Below are positions 37,649 through 46,049 of a DNA stretch of 64,000 nt, piece by piece. The DNA lies in assembly GCA_964383585.1 (NCBI GenBank), contig CAYLHQ010000001.1, forward strand, positions 69,530-133,529, given 5' to 3'. The notes beneath the pieces were generated by a model. It was not told the origin of the DNA. It made no database searches and saw only the letters and a program-made list of their open reading frames with translations. The DNA comes from an uncultured Acidobacteriota bacterium. Lineage in GTDB: Bacteria > Acidobacteriota > Polarisedimenticolia > Polarisedimenticolales > DASRJG01. Position 1 is the first letter of the stretch. Each line of letters starts with the position of its first letter. The translations under genes and the position numbers were made by a program.

Positions 37649-39180
37649 TCGGGAGCGCCACCCGCGTCTTCGTCGCGCGGCGGATCCGCACCATGGATCT
37701 CGCGCGTCCGTACGCGCGCGCGCTGGCCGTTTCGGGGGGGCTCGTCGTCGCGGTCGGAACGGAGGATGAGGCTTCGTCGAGCGTTCCGGCCGGGACTCCA
37801 CGGATCGACCTCGACCTGTGCGAGGTGATTCCCGGGTTCCACGACGCCCACACCCATCTCTCCGGCGGGGCGGAGGCCCTCGCCGGTCTCGACCTGCGGA
37901 ACGCTCCGGACTCCGCCGCGGTCGTCGAGGCGGTGCGGAAGGAAGCCTTGCGGCTCGAGCCGTCCGCGTGGGTCCGGGGGTTCGGTTGGGACGAGACCCG
38001 CTGGCCTCCGCACGACCGGCCGACGCGCGACGCCCTTGACGCCGCCGCCCCGGGACGCCCGGTGCTCCTTTCGAGGGTCGACGGCCACACGACGTGGGGA
38101 AACGCGCGCGCGCTGCGGGCGTCGGGTTTCGATCCCGAGGAGCCGACGGGGATCCTCCGCGAGGCGGACGCGGCGGCGGCGCGGCGGAGCGTCCCCCTCC
38201 CCCCACCGGCGGTCCTCGCCGACCGCGTCGCCGGAAGGCTCGAGGAGGCGGCGAGATTCGGGATCACGTCGCTCGAGGACATCGTGGAGGACTGGTCGCT
38301 TCCGATCTATCGTCGACTCCTCGCGGACGGGAGGCTCCGACTCCGCGTCGGAGCATGGCTCCCGGTCGAGACGGGCGACGAAGAAGCGGAGGAGTGGCTC
38401 CGGCTCCAACCTCCGCAGCACCCGCACCTCTCCTGCGGCGTCCGCAAGGGATTCCTCGACGGATCGCTCGGATCGCGGACCGCTGCTCTCCGGTCCCCGT
38501 ACGCCGATGCCCCGTACACGCGGGGGGGCTCGAGAGCGGACCTCGCGGCCCTCGAGGAGCGCCTTTCGGGGCTCGCGGCGCGTGGGTGGGCGGTGGCGCT
38601 CCACGCCGTGGGGGACCGGGCCGTCGCCGCGGCGATCGACCTTCTTCGGGGGTTGCCCCTCCCCGGCGCTGGACGGCGCCACCGGATCGAGCATGCGCAG
38701 GTCGTCGCCCCCGCCGATCTCGAGCGTCTTGCCGCTTCGGAGGCCGTCGTTTCGGTCCAGCCCGCGCAGTGGGCCGCGGACCGCGGGTGGCTTTCCTTGC
38801 GCCTCGGGAGACGACGGGACTCCTGGGTGCATCCCTGGCGCCGCCTCGTCCGTGCCGGGGCGGTCGTGGCGTTCGGAAGCGACTGGCCCGTCGGACCGCT
38901 CGACCCTCGCGAAGCCCTCTCCGCCGCGGTGCGGGGCGGTCCGGGTCGCGACGGCGAGACCCTCGACCTCGAGACCGCCCTCGCCGCGCACACGGTGGGG
39001 CCGGCGCGGGCCTGGGGGGATGCGCGCCGTGGCGTGTTGAGGGAGGGGGCGCGCGCCGACTTCACGGTTCTCACCGATCGGGGGCCGGTGGGAAGCCGGG
39101 ATCCGCGGCGGTTCGAGGTGTGCGCGACCTACGTCGACGGACGATGCGTGTGGCCCGATCGCGAGGATCCCTGGGTTTGA
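37645..39180 (+). CDS. Amidohydrolase family (Amidohydro_3 / YtcJ-like) metal-dependent hydrolase
   Basis: GTGA overlap with thrC. Motifs PGFHDAHTHL, HAVGDRA, IEHAQ and FGSDWPV. Confidence 0.75.
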   Translation: MIGSATRVFVARRIRTMDLARPYARALAVSGGLVVAVGTEDEASSSVPAGTPRIDLDLCEVIPGFHDAHTHLSGGAEALAGLDLRNAPDSAAVVEAVRKEALRLEPSAWVRGFGWDETRWPPHDRPTRDALDAAAPGRPVLLSRVDGHTTWGNARALRASGFDPEEPTGILREADAAAARRSVPLPPPAVLADRVAGRLEEAARFGITSLEDIVEDWSLPIYRRLLADGRLRLRVGAWLPVETGDEEAEEWLRLQPPQHPHLSCGVRKGFLDGSLGSRTAALRSPYADAPYTRGGSRADLAALEERLSGLAARGWAVALHAVGDRAVAAAIDLLRGLPLPGAGRRHRIEHAQVVAPADLERLAASEAVVSVQPAQWAADRGWLSLRLGRRRDSWVHPWRRLVRAGAVVAFGSDWPVGPLDPREALSAAVRGGPGRDGETLDLETALAAHTVGPARAWGDARRGVLREGARADFTVLTDRGPVGSRDPRRFEVCATYVDGRCVWPDREDPWV

Positions 39181-39206
39181 CACCCCTTTCCGGCGGCCGC
39201 TACACT
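39177..39206 (+). promoter_or_regulatory. Candidate sigma70 promoter for folB-queD-folE (TTGACA-18-TACACT)
   Basis: A perfect -35 TTGACA at 39177-39182 overlaps the upstream TGA stop. TACACT lies at 39201-39206, 20 nt before the TTG start. Confidence 0.45.
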
Positions 39207-39226
39207 CGCCGCGCCGCGAGCGAACG

Positions 39227-39604
39227 TTGACCGATCGCATCTTCATCGAAGGGATCAAGTTCCACGGCTTCCACGGCCTCACGCGCCTGGAGCGGCAGGT
39301 CGGGGTGCGCCTGTCGGTCGACGTCTCGCTCGACCACGATCTCGAAAAATCGGGACGCTCGGACCGCATGGGGGATACCCTCGACTACGCCAAGGTCCAT
39401 CGGAAGGTGATCGAGGTCGGGCGCGGGCCTTCCCACAAGCTCCTCGAGAGCTTCGCGCTGACGCTGATCGAGGCCCTCCTCGCCGATTTCCCCGCCGATC
39501 GCGTCAGCGTGACGGTCCGGAAGGAAACGCCGGTGCTCGACGGGATCGTCAGCTGCGTCGGTGTCGAGATGTCCCGGGGCCGGAAGAAGGGGAAGCGGGC
39601 GTGA
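39227..39604 (+). CDS. folB: Dihydroneopterin aldolase
   Basis: IFIEGIKFHGFHGLTRLERQVG...DYAKV pattern. TTG start. Confidence 0.8.
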   Translation: MTDRIFIEGIKFHGFHGLTRLERQVGVRLSVDVSLDHDLEKSGRSDRMGDTLDYAKVHRKVIEVGRGPSHKLLESFALTLIEALLADFPADRVSVTVRKETPVLDGIVSCVGVEMSRGRKKGKRA

Positions 39605-39948
39605 GGGTGCGGCGGCGATTCGACTTCGAGGCGGCCCACGTCCTCCCGAACCACCCCGGGAAGTGCAGCCGTCTCCACGGCCACTCGTACGTGCTGGTCG
39701 TCACGGTGGACCGGCCGGTCGATCCGCAGACGGGGCTCGCGATCGACTTCTCGGATCTCAAGGCGATCGTCCGCGAGGCGGCGGTCGACCGCCTCGACCA
39801 CCTCTATGTGAACGACCTCATCGACAACCCCTCCGCGGAACGCATGGCCGTCTGGATCTGGAACCGTCTCGCGCCGGTCCTCCCCGGACTCGAGGAGATC
39901 GAGCTTCACGAGACCAAGAATTGCTCGGTGCTCTACCGGGGGGAGTGA
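39601..39948 (+). CDS. queD: 6-carboxytetrahydropterin / 6-pyruvoyltetrahydropterin synthase family
   Basis: FDFEAAHVLP...KCSRLHGHSY...DHLYVND motifs. GTGA overlap with folB. Confidence 0.85.
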   Translation: MRVRRRFDFEAAHVLPNHPGKCSRLHGHSYVLVVTVDRPVDPQTGLAIDFSDLKAIVREAAVDRLDHLYVNDLIDNPSAERMAVWIWNRLAPVLPGLEEIELHETKNCSVLYRGE

Positions 39949-39952
39949 TTCG

Positions 39953-40528
39953 ATGGATGCGTCGAAGATGGAGGCGGGGATCCGCGCCTTTCTCGAGGGG
40001 ATCGGCGAACGTTTCGCCGGGGACGACCTGGAGAAGACGCCGGCTCGTGTCGCGAGGGCCTGGGTCGACGATCTGGTTTCGGGGTACGGGATCGACCCGG
40101 TGGCGGAGCTGACCGGGACCGAAGCGACCCAGGAATCGGGCCTCGTCGCGATTCGGGACGTGCGGTTCGCCTCCGTCTGCGTCCACCATCTCCTTCCGTT
40201 CTCCGGACGCGCCCACGTCGCCTACCTCCCCGGTGCCCGTCTCGCCGGCCTGAGCAAGATCGGCAGGGTGGTCGATGCTTTCTCCCGACGGCTGCAGATC
40301 CAGGAGCGTCTGACGGCGCAGATCGTCGACGCCCTGTGGCGAGGGCTCGAACCGCGGGGGGTGCTGGTCGTCCTCGAGGCGGAACACACCTGTATGACCC
40401 TTCGGGGAGTCCGGAAGGAGGGGAGCCGCCTCGTGACCGAGGGGGCGCGGGGGGTCTTCCGGGACGAGCCCGAGGCCCGGCGCGAGGTCCTCGCGGTTCT
40501 CGGCGCCTCCGGCGGAACGGCCGGGTGA
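39953..40528 (+). CDS. folE: GTP cyclohydrolase I (FolE type 1)
   Basis: TPARVARAW, SVCVHHLLPF, QIQERLT and EAEHTCMTLRGV. Confidence 0.9.
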   Translation: MDASKMEAGIRAFLEGIGERFAGDDLEKTPARVARAWVDDLVSGYGIDPVAELTGTEATQESGLVAIRDVRFASVCVHHLLPFSGRAHVAYLPGARLAGLSKIGRVVDAFSRRLQIQERLTAQIVDALWRGLEPRGVLVVLEAEHTCMTLRGVRKEGSRLVTEGARGVFRDEPEARREVLAVLGASGGTAG

Positions 40529-42762
40529 GTCCGCGTTCGCGTGCCTCGGCCGCCGCGATCCTCCTCGTGGTCGCGCCCGCCGGAGCGGACACGCCGGACG
40601 TGGAGGAGCGGCTTCGTGCGCTCGCCGCGGAGGCCGATCGCGCGGGGACGATCGTCCGGATCGCCGTGGCCTCGGGCACCTCGATCCGCCTCGGGTCGAC
40701 GGGGCCGTTCCGGATCGTCGATCCGTCGCGCGGAGTCGACGCGTGGCGCCCCTCGTACCGAGGTGAGGTCGCCGTCGTCGTCGAGGGGGCGCCTCCCGAG
40801 GCGATTCCCGATGTCTGGCGGGTCCAGACCGGCTCCTACGCGAGCGAGGAGGCGGCGCGGGCGGAGCTCGACCGCCTCCGGTCCGCCTTCGGCGCGCCGG
40901 GCGTCGTCCGCCGCGACCCGGACCGGGGGGTCTGGCGCGTGCGGATCGGCGAGTCCCCCGACCGGGCGGGGCTCGCGGGACTCCTCGCCGCCGCCCGGGA
41001 CTCCGGGATCGGCGGGGCCTTTCTCGTCTCGGAGCCGGCCCGCACGGTGGAGGGGATCACGCTGCGCCTCGTGGACGCCGAGTGGAACTCGCGACCGACC
41101 GCGCTTGCCCGCCTCGCCGCGATCCCGACGGCGGGGGGGATCCTCTCGGTCGACGGGAAGCGCTACCGGGGAGTCGTCGAGATTCGCGCCGGCCGGGACG
41201 GGCGCGCGCTCGCCGTGAATTGGCTCGATGCGGAGTCGTACCTCCGCGGCGTCGTCCCCTCCGAACTGGGCCCGGAGATCTTCCCGCGGTTGGACGCGCA
41301 GAAGGCGCAGGCGGTCGCCGCTCGAACGTATCTGCGCGCCAACCTCGGTCAGTTCGCCGAGGACGGATACGACCTTTGTTCCACCCCTCGCTGCCAGGTG
41401 TACGGCGGCGCCGACGCGGAGCATCCGCTGTCCGACCGAGCGGTGCTCGAGACGCGCGGTCAGATCCTGACCTACGACGGGAAGCCGATCACCGCCCTCT
41501 ACACTTCGACCTGCGGCGGTCACACGGAGGACGTGTCGAACGTCTTCCCCGAGGAGGACGCCCCGTACCTGCGCGGCGTGCCGTGCCGGAGCGAGGAGCC
41601 GGGTGTCTCGGGCTACCCGATCTGGGGGGCGAGGATCGCGCCGGTCGTCTCGGAGTCCGGGGAGGACGTCACGCGGCACGCGGCGCTCCTCGTGGCGATG
41701 GGAATCTTCGATACGATCGATCCGGCGCGGCTCCGGGAACCGCTCGACGGGCCGCGTCTCCGGACACTCACGGTCCGCCTCGCGCGCGCCACCGGCCGAC
41801 CGGTTCCCGGGCGGCCCGTCCCGCAGGTCACCGACCTCGCCTCGGCCTGCCGGATGGTGGTGGATGACCTCGGTTGGAGCGACCGAGCCGACGTCATTCT
41901 CGAGGCGGAGGACGTCCCCGCGATCCTCCGCGATCGGGAGGCTCTCGCGGCGGGCGAGAATTTGGCGCGGGGGCTCGCAGCGCTCGTCGCGTGGACCGAT
42001 CTCCGCCCCCGGCGGGACGGACGCTTCGGCGCGCGGGAACCGGTCAGTACGGCGCGGCTCGCTCCCGCCTTCGCGCGGATCGCCGAAGGGTACGCGGCTG
42101 CGGGGCTCGTCGAGGGGACCGTTCGGGACGTGCGCGGCGAAACGCTCCGTCTCTCCCGCGGGAGCGGGGAGAGCGCGCTCTCTCTCGTCCGGCGCCCCTA
42201 TCTCTTCTCCGCGGCGGGCTCGGAGCCGACCCCGGTCGCGCGACTCGATCTCTGGCCCGGCGACCGCGTCGCCGTTCGCACCGCGACGAACGGCGAGATC
42301 GACTTCCTCGAGCTCCGACCTCCCCTCCGGGGAGTTTCGGACGACCGGAGTTCCTCGGTCCATTCCTGGACCGTGCGGCGGGATCGCGGGGAACTCCAAG
42401 CGGCGGTCGAGGGCCGGCTCGGGATCGGAGCGCTCGTCGATCTCGAAGTGGTGCGCCGCGGGGTTTCCGGGAGGATCGCCGAACTGCGCGTCGTCGGAAC
42501 GTCGGGGTCGGCGACGGTGCGCGGCCACGACGTGCGGACCCTCTTCGGCCTCCGGGAGAGCCTGACCTCGGTCGAGGTCCAGCGGGACCCCGAAGGAGGC
42601 GTGCGCGGCGCGGTCTTCGCCGGGAGGGGCTGGGGGCACGGGGTGGGGCTCTGCCAGGTGGGTGCGTACGGGATGGCCCTCCGCGGGGCCGATTACGTGG
42701 AAATCCTCGACCATTACTACCCCGGTGCGGTACTCGAGCCGGCCCGCCCCGCGACCCCGTGA
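40525..42762 (+). CDS. SpoIID/LytB-domain protein with a SPOR-like domain and a large internal insertion
   Basis: Signal peptide. SPOR-like segment (WRVQTGSYASEEAARAELDRLR...VWRVRIG). SpoIID motifs ESYLRGVVPSE, KAQAVAARTY, LYTSTCGGHTED, and much later GWGHGVGLCQVGAYGMA...ILDHYYPG. Confidence 0.75.
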   Translation: MSPRSRASAAAILLVVAPAGADTPDVEERLRALAAEADRAGTIVRIAVASGTSIRLGSTGPFRIVDPSRGVDAWRPSYRGEVAVVVEGAPPEAIPDVWRVQTGSYASEEAARAELDRLRSAFGAPGVVRRDPDRGVWRVRIGESPDRAGLAGLLAAARDSGIGGAFLVSEPARTVEGITLRLVDAEWNSRPTALARLAAIPTAGGILSVDGKRYRGVVEIRAGRDGRALAVNWLDAESYLRGVVPSELGPEIFPRLDAQKAQAVAARTYLRANLGQFAEDGYDLCSTPRCQVYGGADAEHPLSDRAVLETRGQILTYDGKPITALYTSTCGGHTEDVSNVFPEEDAPYLRGVPCRSEEPGVSGYPIWGARIAPVVSESGEDVTRHAALLVAMGIFDTIDPARLREPLDGPRLRTLTVRLARATGRPVPGRPVPQVTDLASACRMVVDDLGWSDRADVILEAEDVPAILRDREALAAGENLARGLAALVAWTDLRPRRDGRFGAREPVSTARLAPAFARIAEGYAAAGLVEGTVRDVRGETLRLSRGSGESALSLVRRPYLFSAAGSEPTPVARLDLWPGDRVAVRTATNGEIDFLELRPPLRGVSDDRSSSVHSWTVRRDRGELQAAVEGRLGIGALVDLEVVRRGVSGRIAELRVVGTSGSATVRGHDVRTLFGLRESLTSVEVQRDPEGGVRGAVFAGRGWGHGVGLCQVGAYGMALRGADYVEILDHYYPGAVLEPARPATP

Positions 42763-42840
42763 GCGGGTCCCCGTGGTTCCCCGGCCCGGAGGGCCTATAT
42801 TCGGATCGGCTTTCCCCGGGTACCGGGAGACGGGACGATC

Positions 42841-43176
42841 ATGGGCAGGACCCTTCGATTCCTCGGGCTCGCGCTGCTCGCCGGCGCGGTCTGGTCGAGC
42901 CTCGCGGAGGCGATGGGGTGGATCACCCCCGCGCTCGCTTCGGAGTGGGGAGGGCTCGTGCTCAAGTCGGGTCTCCTCTGCCTCGCGGCGGGTGTGCTTC
43001 TGCGTGCACTCTCCCCGGTGGGCCGGGAACTCCGAAGGGGCCGCTGCGTCCGCTGCGGGGCGCCGATCGAGCGGGGGCAGACCTACTGCATCGACCACCT
43101 CGTGGAGACGGTGAACGAGTACCGCGATCGGGCACGCGCGCGGGCGCAGGGCCGCCGGGCGGACACGAAGAACTGA
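42841..43176 (+). CDS. Small two-TM membrane protein with a C-terminal CxxC...CxxH zinc-ribbon-like tail
   Basis: GC3 is very high in this frame. Two hydrophobic helices. CVRCGAPIERGQTYCIDH. I recognise no family. Confidence 0.5.
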   Translation: MGRTLRFLGLALLAGAVWSSLAEAMGWITPALASEWGGLVLKSGLLCLAAGVLLRALSPVGRELRRGRCVRCGAPIERGQTYCIDHLVETVNEYRDRARARAQGRRADTKN

Positions 43177-44111
43177 TCCGCATCCTCGTCATCGCCGGTC
43201 CGACGGGAACCGGGAAGTCGCGGATCGCGATCCCGGTCGCGGAGATGCTCGGCGGAGAGATCGTCGGCTGCGACGCGTTTCAGGTGTATCGCGGCTTCGA
43301 CGCGGCGACGGCCAAGCCTTCGCCCGCCGACCGCGCGCGCGTGCCGCACCATCTCGTCGACCACGTCGATCCCCGGATCGACTACCAACTCGGCGCGTTC
43401 GTGGCTGACGCCGATCGCGCCATCGCCGCGATCGTCGCCGCCGGCCGCGTGCCGCTCGTCGTCGGGGGGACCGGGATGTACCTGCGCGGGCTGCTGCGCG
43501 GCGTGGTCGAAGCTCCGAAACGGGACCCGGACCTCCGCCGGCGGCTCCTGCGGATCGCCGCGGTGAGGGGGCCCGCCGCCCTCCACCGGATGCTGCGCCG
43601 GGCGGACGCCCCGGCCGCCGCCCGGATTTCCGAGGGGGACACCCATCGCCTGGTCCGCGCACTCGAACTCGCGGCTGCGGGAGGTCCGACCTGGAGCGAG
43701 CGCCTTGCCGCGGAGGGGACATGGGCCTCCGGAAGGGAGCGCTACGACGCGCTCGAGGTCGTCCTCGACCTCGAGCGGGAGGCACTCGCCCGGAGGCTCG
43801 ACCGGCGGGTCGCCGCGTTTTTCGAGGCGGGGCTCGTCGAGGAGGTCCGGGAGCTTCTCGCCTCGGGCGTCCCTCCCGGCGCGAACGCGTTCCGCGCGAT
43901 CGGCTACCGCGAGGTGCTCGGGGCGCTCCTCGCGGGGACGGATCCGTCGGCGGTGGTCGAGGAGGTGCGGAGGAATACCCGGCGGCTCGCAAAGCGTCAG
44001 CGCACGTGGTTCCGCTCCGAGAAACGTGCGGTGTGGCTCGACGCCGCGGAAGAGGAGGAGGCGCTCGTCCTGCGCATCGCCGGAATGTGGCATGCCCGAG
44101 CCGGAGAGTGA
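43173..44111 (+). CDS. miaA: tRNA dimethylallyltransferase
   Basis: P-loop ILVIAGPTGTGKS directly at the N-terminus, plus DAFQVYRGFD..., HHL.D and RQRTWFR. The start codon is uncertain: the only nearby in-frame candidates are CTG 43173 and ATC 43176. Confidence 0.85.
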   Translation: MIRILVIAGPTGTGKSRIAIPVAEMLGGEIVGCDAFQVYRGFDAATAKPSPADRARVPHHLVDHVDPRIDYQLGAFVADADRAIAAIVAAGRVPLVVGGTGMYLRGLLRGVVEAPKRDPDLRRRLLRIAAVRGPAALHRMLRRADAPAAARISEGDTHRLVRALELAAAGGPTWSERLAAEGTWASGRERYDALEVVLDLEREALARRLDRRVAAFFEAGLVEEVRELLASGVPPGANAFRAIGYREVLGALLAGTDPSAVVEEVRRNTRRLAKRQRTWFRSEKRAVWLDAAEEEEALVLRIAGMWHARAGE

Positions 44112-44145
44112 GATATACTCCGCACCTCGCGCGGAGGGGATCTTC

Positions 44146-44430
44146 ATGGACCGGGACGACGCGAACCTGCAGAACGAGTTCTTCAATGCGCTCCGCAAGA
44201 ATCGCACCGTCGTGGCGGTCTACCTCGCCAACGGGAAGCGCCTGGTCGGACGGGTTCGGTCGTTTGACCGCTTCACGCTCCTCCTCGACGGCGGTCACGG
44301 TGAGCAGATGGTGTTCAAGCACGCGATTTCGACCGTGTGTACCGTGCGGAACCCGGCCGCGCTCGCGAACGATGCGGACGCGCCGAACGCGGATCGCGCC
44401 CCCGCGTACCCTTCGGCCTCGGAGGACTGA
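44146..44430 (+). CDS. hfq: RNA chaperone Hfq
   Basis: LQNEFFNALRKNRTVVAVYLANGKRLVGRVRSFDRFTLLL...QMVFKHAISTV (Sm1/Sm2 motifs). Conserved miaA-hfq synteny. GGAGGGG Shine-Dalgarno. Confidence 0.95.
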   Translation: MDRDDANLQNEFFNALRKNRTVVAVYLANGKRLVGRVRSFDRFTLLLDGGHGEQMVFKHAISTVCTVRNPAALANDADAPNADRAPAYPSASED

Positions 44431-44444
44431 AGGGAAGGACCCGG

Positions 44445-45947
44445 TTATCTCCGGAAGAACCCACCCTTTCGATCGGGCTCGTGGGGGGCGCCCGCCGCGA
44501 CCGGGCCGCTCGCGGTGAGTTCCTTGACGCGCGCGTTCACCCGCTCGAGGCGCGCTTCGTACTCCTGCCGGATCATCTGGATCTGCCGGTTGAGCCGATC
44601 GACCTCGGCGCGGAGCTGCTCGACCTGCGCTCCGGCCCCCGCGCTCGTGTCGCTGCGGGCGCGCAATTCCTCGCGGAGCCGGGCGATTTCCTGGTCCTTC
44701 TCCCGGAACTCGCGTCCGGTTCGCTCCTGCATCTCGTCGTAGAGCTTCCGGATCTCCTGAAGCTCGACGATCTTGGAAAAATCCCCGAGGGGTTCCGCCA
44801 TCGCCTCTCCCTCCGGCTCGGCGCCGTGCTCGGCGGCGTAGAGCATCTTCCGCAACATCAGGTCAAGGTCTCCGGGGCGGCTGCTCGCCGCCTGGGCGGC
44901 CTCCTTCGTGATCGCGCCGTGGATCACGAGCGCCGCGAGGGACTGGTTCATCGACTGCATCCGGTAGTAGGAGACCGAGTTCTCGATCTCTTCCTCGAGG
45001 GCTTCGAGGTTTCCCTCGTGGATCAGCTTCGCGACGCGCGGTGAGTGCCTCAGGATCTCGACCGCGGCGATCAAACCTTGGCCGTCGGCGCGCTCGACGA
45101 GGCGCATCGAGACCACCCCCTGGAGGACCGTCGCGAGTTGTTGGCGGACCTGTCGGTGCATCCCTTCGGGGAAGAGGTCGACGATCCGGTCCACCGTCTG
45201 CGCGGCGCTGTTCGTGTGGAGCGTGGAGAAGACGAGGTGCCCCGTCTCCGCGGCCGTCAGCACCGTCTGCATCGTCTCGAGGTCGCGCATCTCGCCGACC
45301 ATGATCACGTCGGGGTCCTGGCGCATGGCGTTCCGCAACGCCTCGGAGAAGCTCGGGGTGTCGGTACCGACCTCGCGCTGCGTGACGGCGCCGAGGTTGT
45401 CGCGGAGCAGGAATTCGATCGGGTCCTCGATCGTGACGACGTGGCACAGTCTCGTGTTCACGATCAAGCGCATCAGGGCGGCGAGGGTCGACGATTTCCC
45501 GGAGCCGGTCGGCCCCGTCAGGATCACGAGCCCCTGTCCGAGCTTGGCGAATTCCGCGATGACCGGCGGCAAACCCCAGTCTTCGAGAGAGGGGAACTCG
45601 AACGGAACCCGCCGGAAGACGGCGGAAAGCGTCCCTCGCTGGTGGAAGACGGTCGCGCGGAATCGCGACACCCCGGGGACGCTGTGGCCGAAATCGACCG
45701 AGAACCGGTCGGCGAGGGAGTCCTTCATCCGCTCGTTGAGGAGGGAGGAGAGCATCTCCCGCAGAAGGTCGGGGTGGAGCGGGTCTCCCTTCAGCGGAAG
45801 GAGTTTCCCGTGAACCCGGAGGAGGGGCGGGCGCATCGGTTTCAGGTGGAGGTCCGACGCTCCCTGCCTGACCATGAACCGCAGAAGGTCGTCGATGCTC
45901 ATCGTGTCGCTCGCCTCGATCTGCGGAAGTTCCTCGAGCCCTGCCAA
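44445..45947 (-). CDS. pilT: PilT-family retraction ATPase with a roughly 130-aa C-terminal coiled-coil extension
   Basis: ASDLHL, Walker A GPTGSGKSST, GEMRD, GHLVFSTLHT and AAVEILRHSPRVAKLI. The extra tail EIARLREELRAR...QVEQLRAEVDRLNRQIQMIRQEYEARLERVNARVKEL follows. TTG start preceded by GGAGGAGG. Confidence 0.85.
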   Translation of the reverse strand: MAGLEELPQIEASDTMSIDDLLRFMVRQGASDLHLKPMRPPLLRVHGKLLPLKGDPLHPDLLREMLSSLLNERMKDSLADRFSVDFGHSVPGVSRFRATVFHQRGTLSAVFRRVPFEFPSLEDWGLPPVIAEFAKLGQGLVILTGPTGSGKSSTLAALMRLIVNTRLCHVVTIEDPIEFLLRDNLGAVTQREVGTDTPSFSEALRNAMRQDPDVIMVGEMRDLETMQTVLTAAETGHLVFSTLHTNSAAQTVDRIVDLFPEGMHRQVRQQLATVLQGVVSMRLVERADGQGLIAAVEILRHSPRVAKLIHEGNLEALEEEIENSVSYYRMQSMNQSLAALVIHGAITKEAAQAASSRPGDLDLMLRKMLYAAEHGAEPEGEAMAEPLGDFSKIVELQEIRKLYDEMQERTGREFREKDQEIARLREELRARSDTSAGAGAQVEQLRAEVDRLNRQIQMIRQEYEARLERVNARVKELTASGPVAAGAPHEPDRKGGFFRR

Positions 45948-46010
45948 GTGGTCCCCTCCTCCGGGGGAACATAGGGACGGCGTCCACGCGAGTCAAACGG
46001 TCCCGCCGGT

Positions 46011-46040
46011 TTGACGGCGGGAGCGGGGGTGGGGTATACG
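46011..46040 (+). promoter_or_regulatory. Candidate sigma70 promoter for pgsA-mutS2 (TTGACG-18-TATACG)
   Basis: TTGACG at 46011-46016 and TATACG at 46035-46040. Only 9 nt without a Shine-Dalgarno separate it from the ATG at 46050. Confidence 0.35.
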
Positions 46041-46049
46041 ACACCGCCG

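Noticed and set aside
42759-43172. 138-codon N-terminal extension of miaA starting at a GTGA overlap with the spoIID stop
   Set aside because: The extension encodes R/G/P-rich sequence and has poor third-position GC. It overlaps a better coding frame (42841-43176). MiaA proteins normally begin a few residues before the P-loop.
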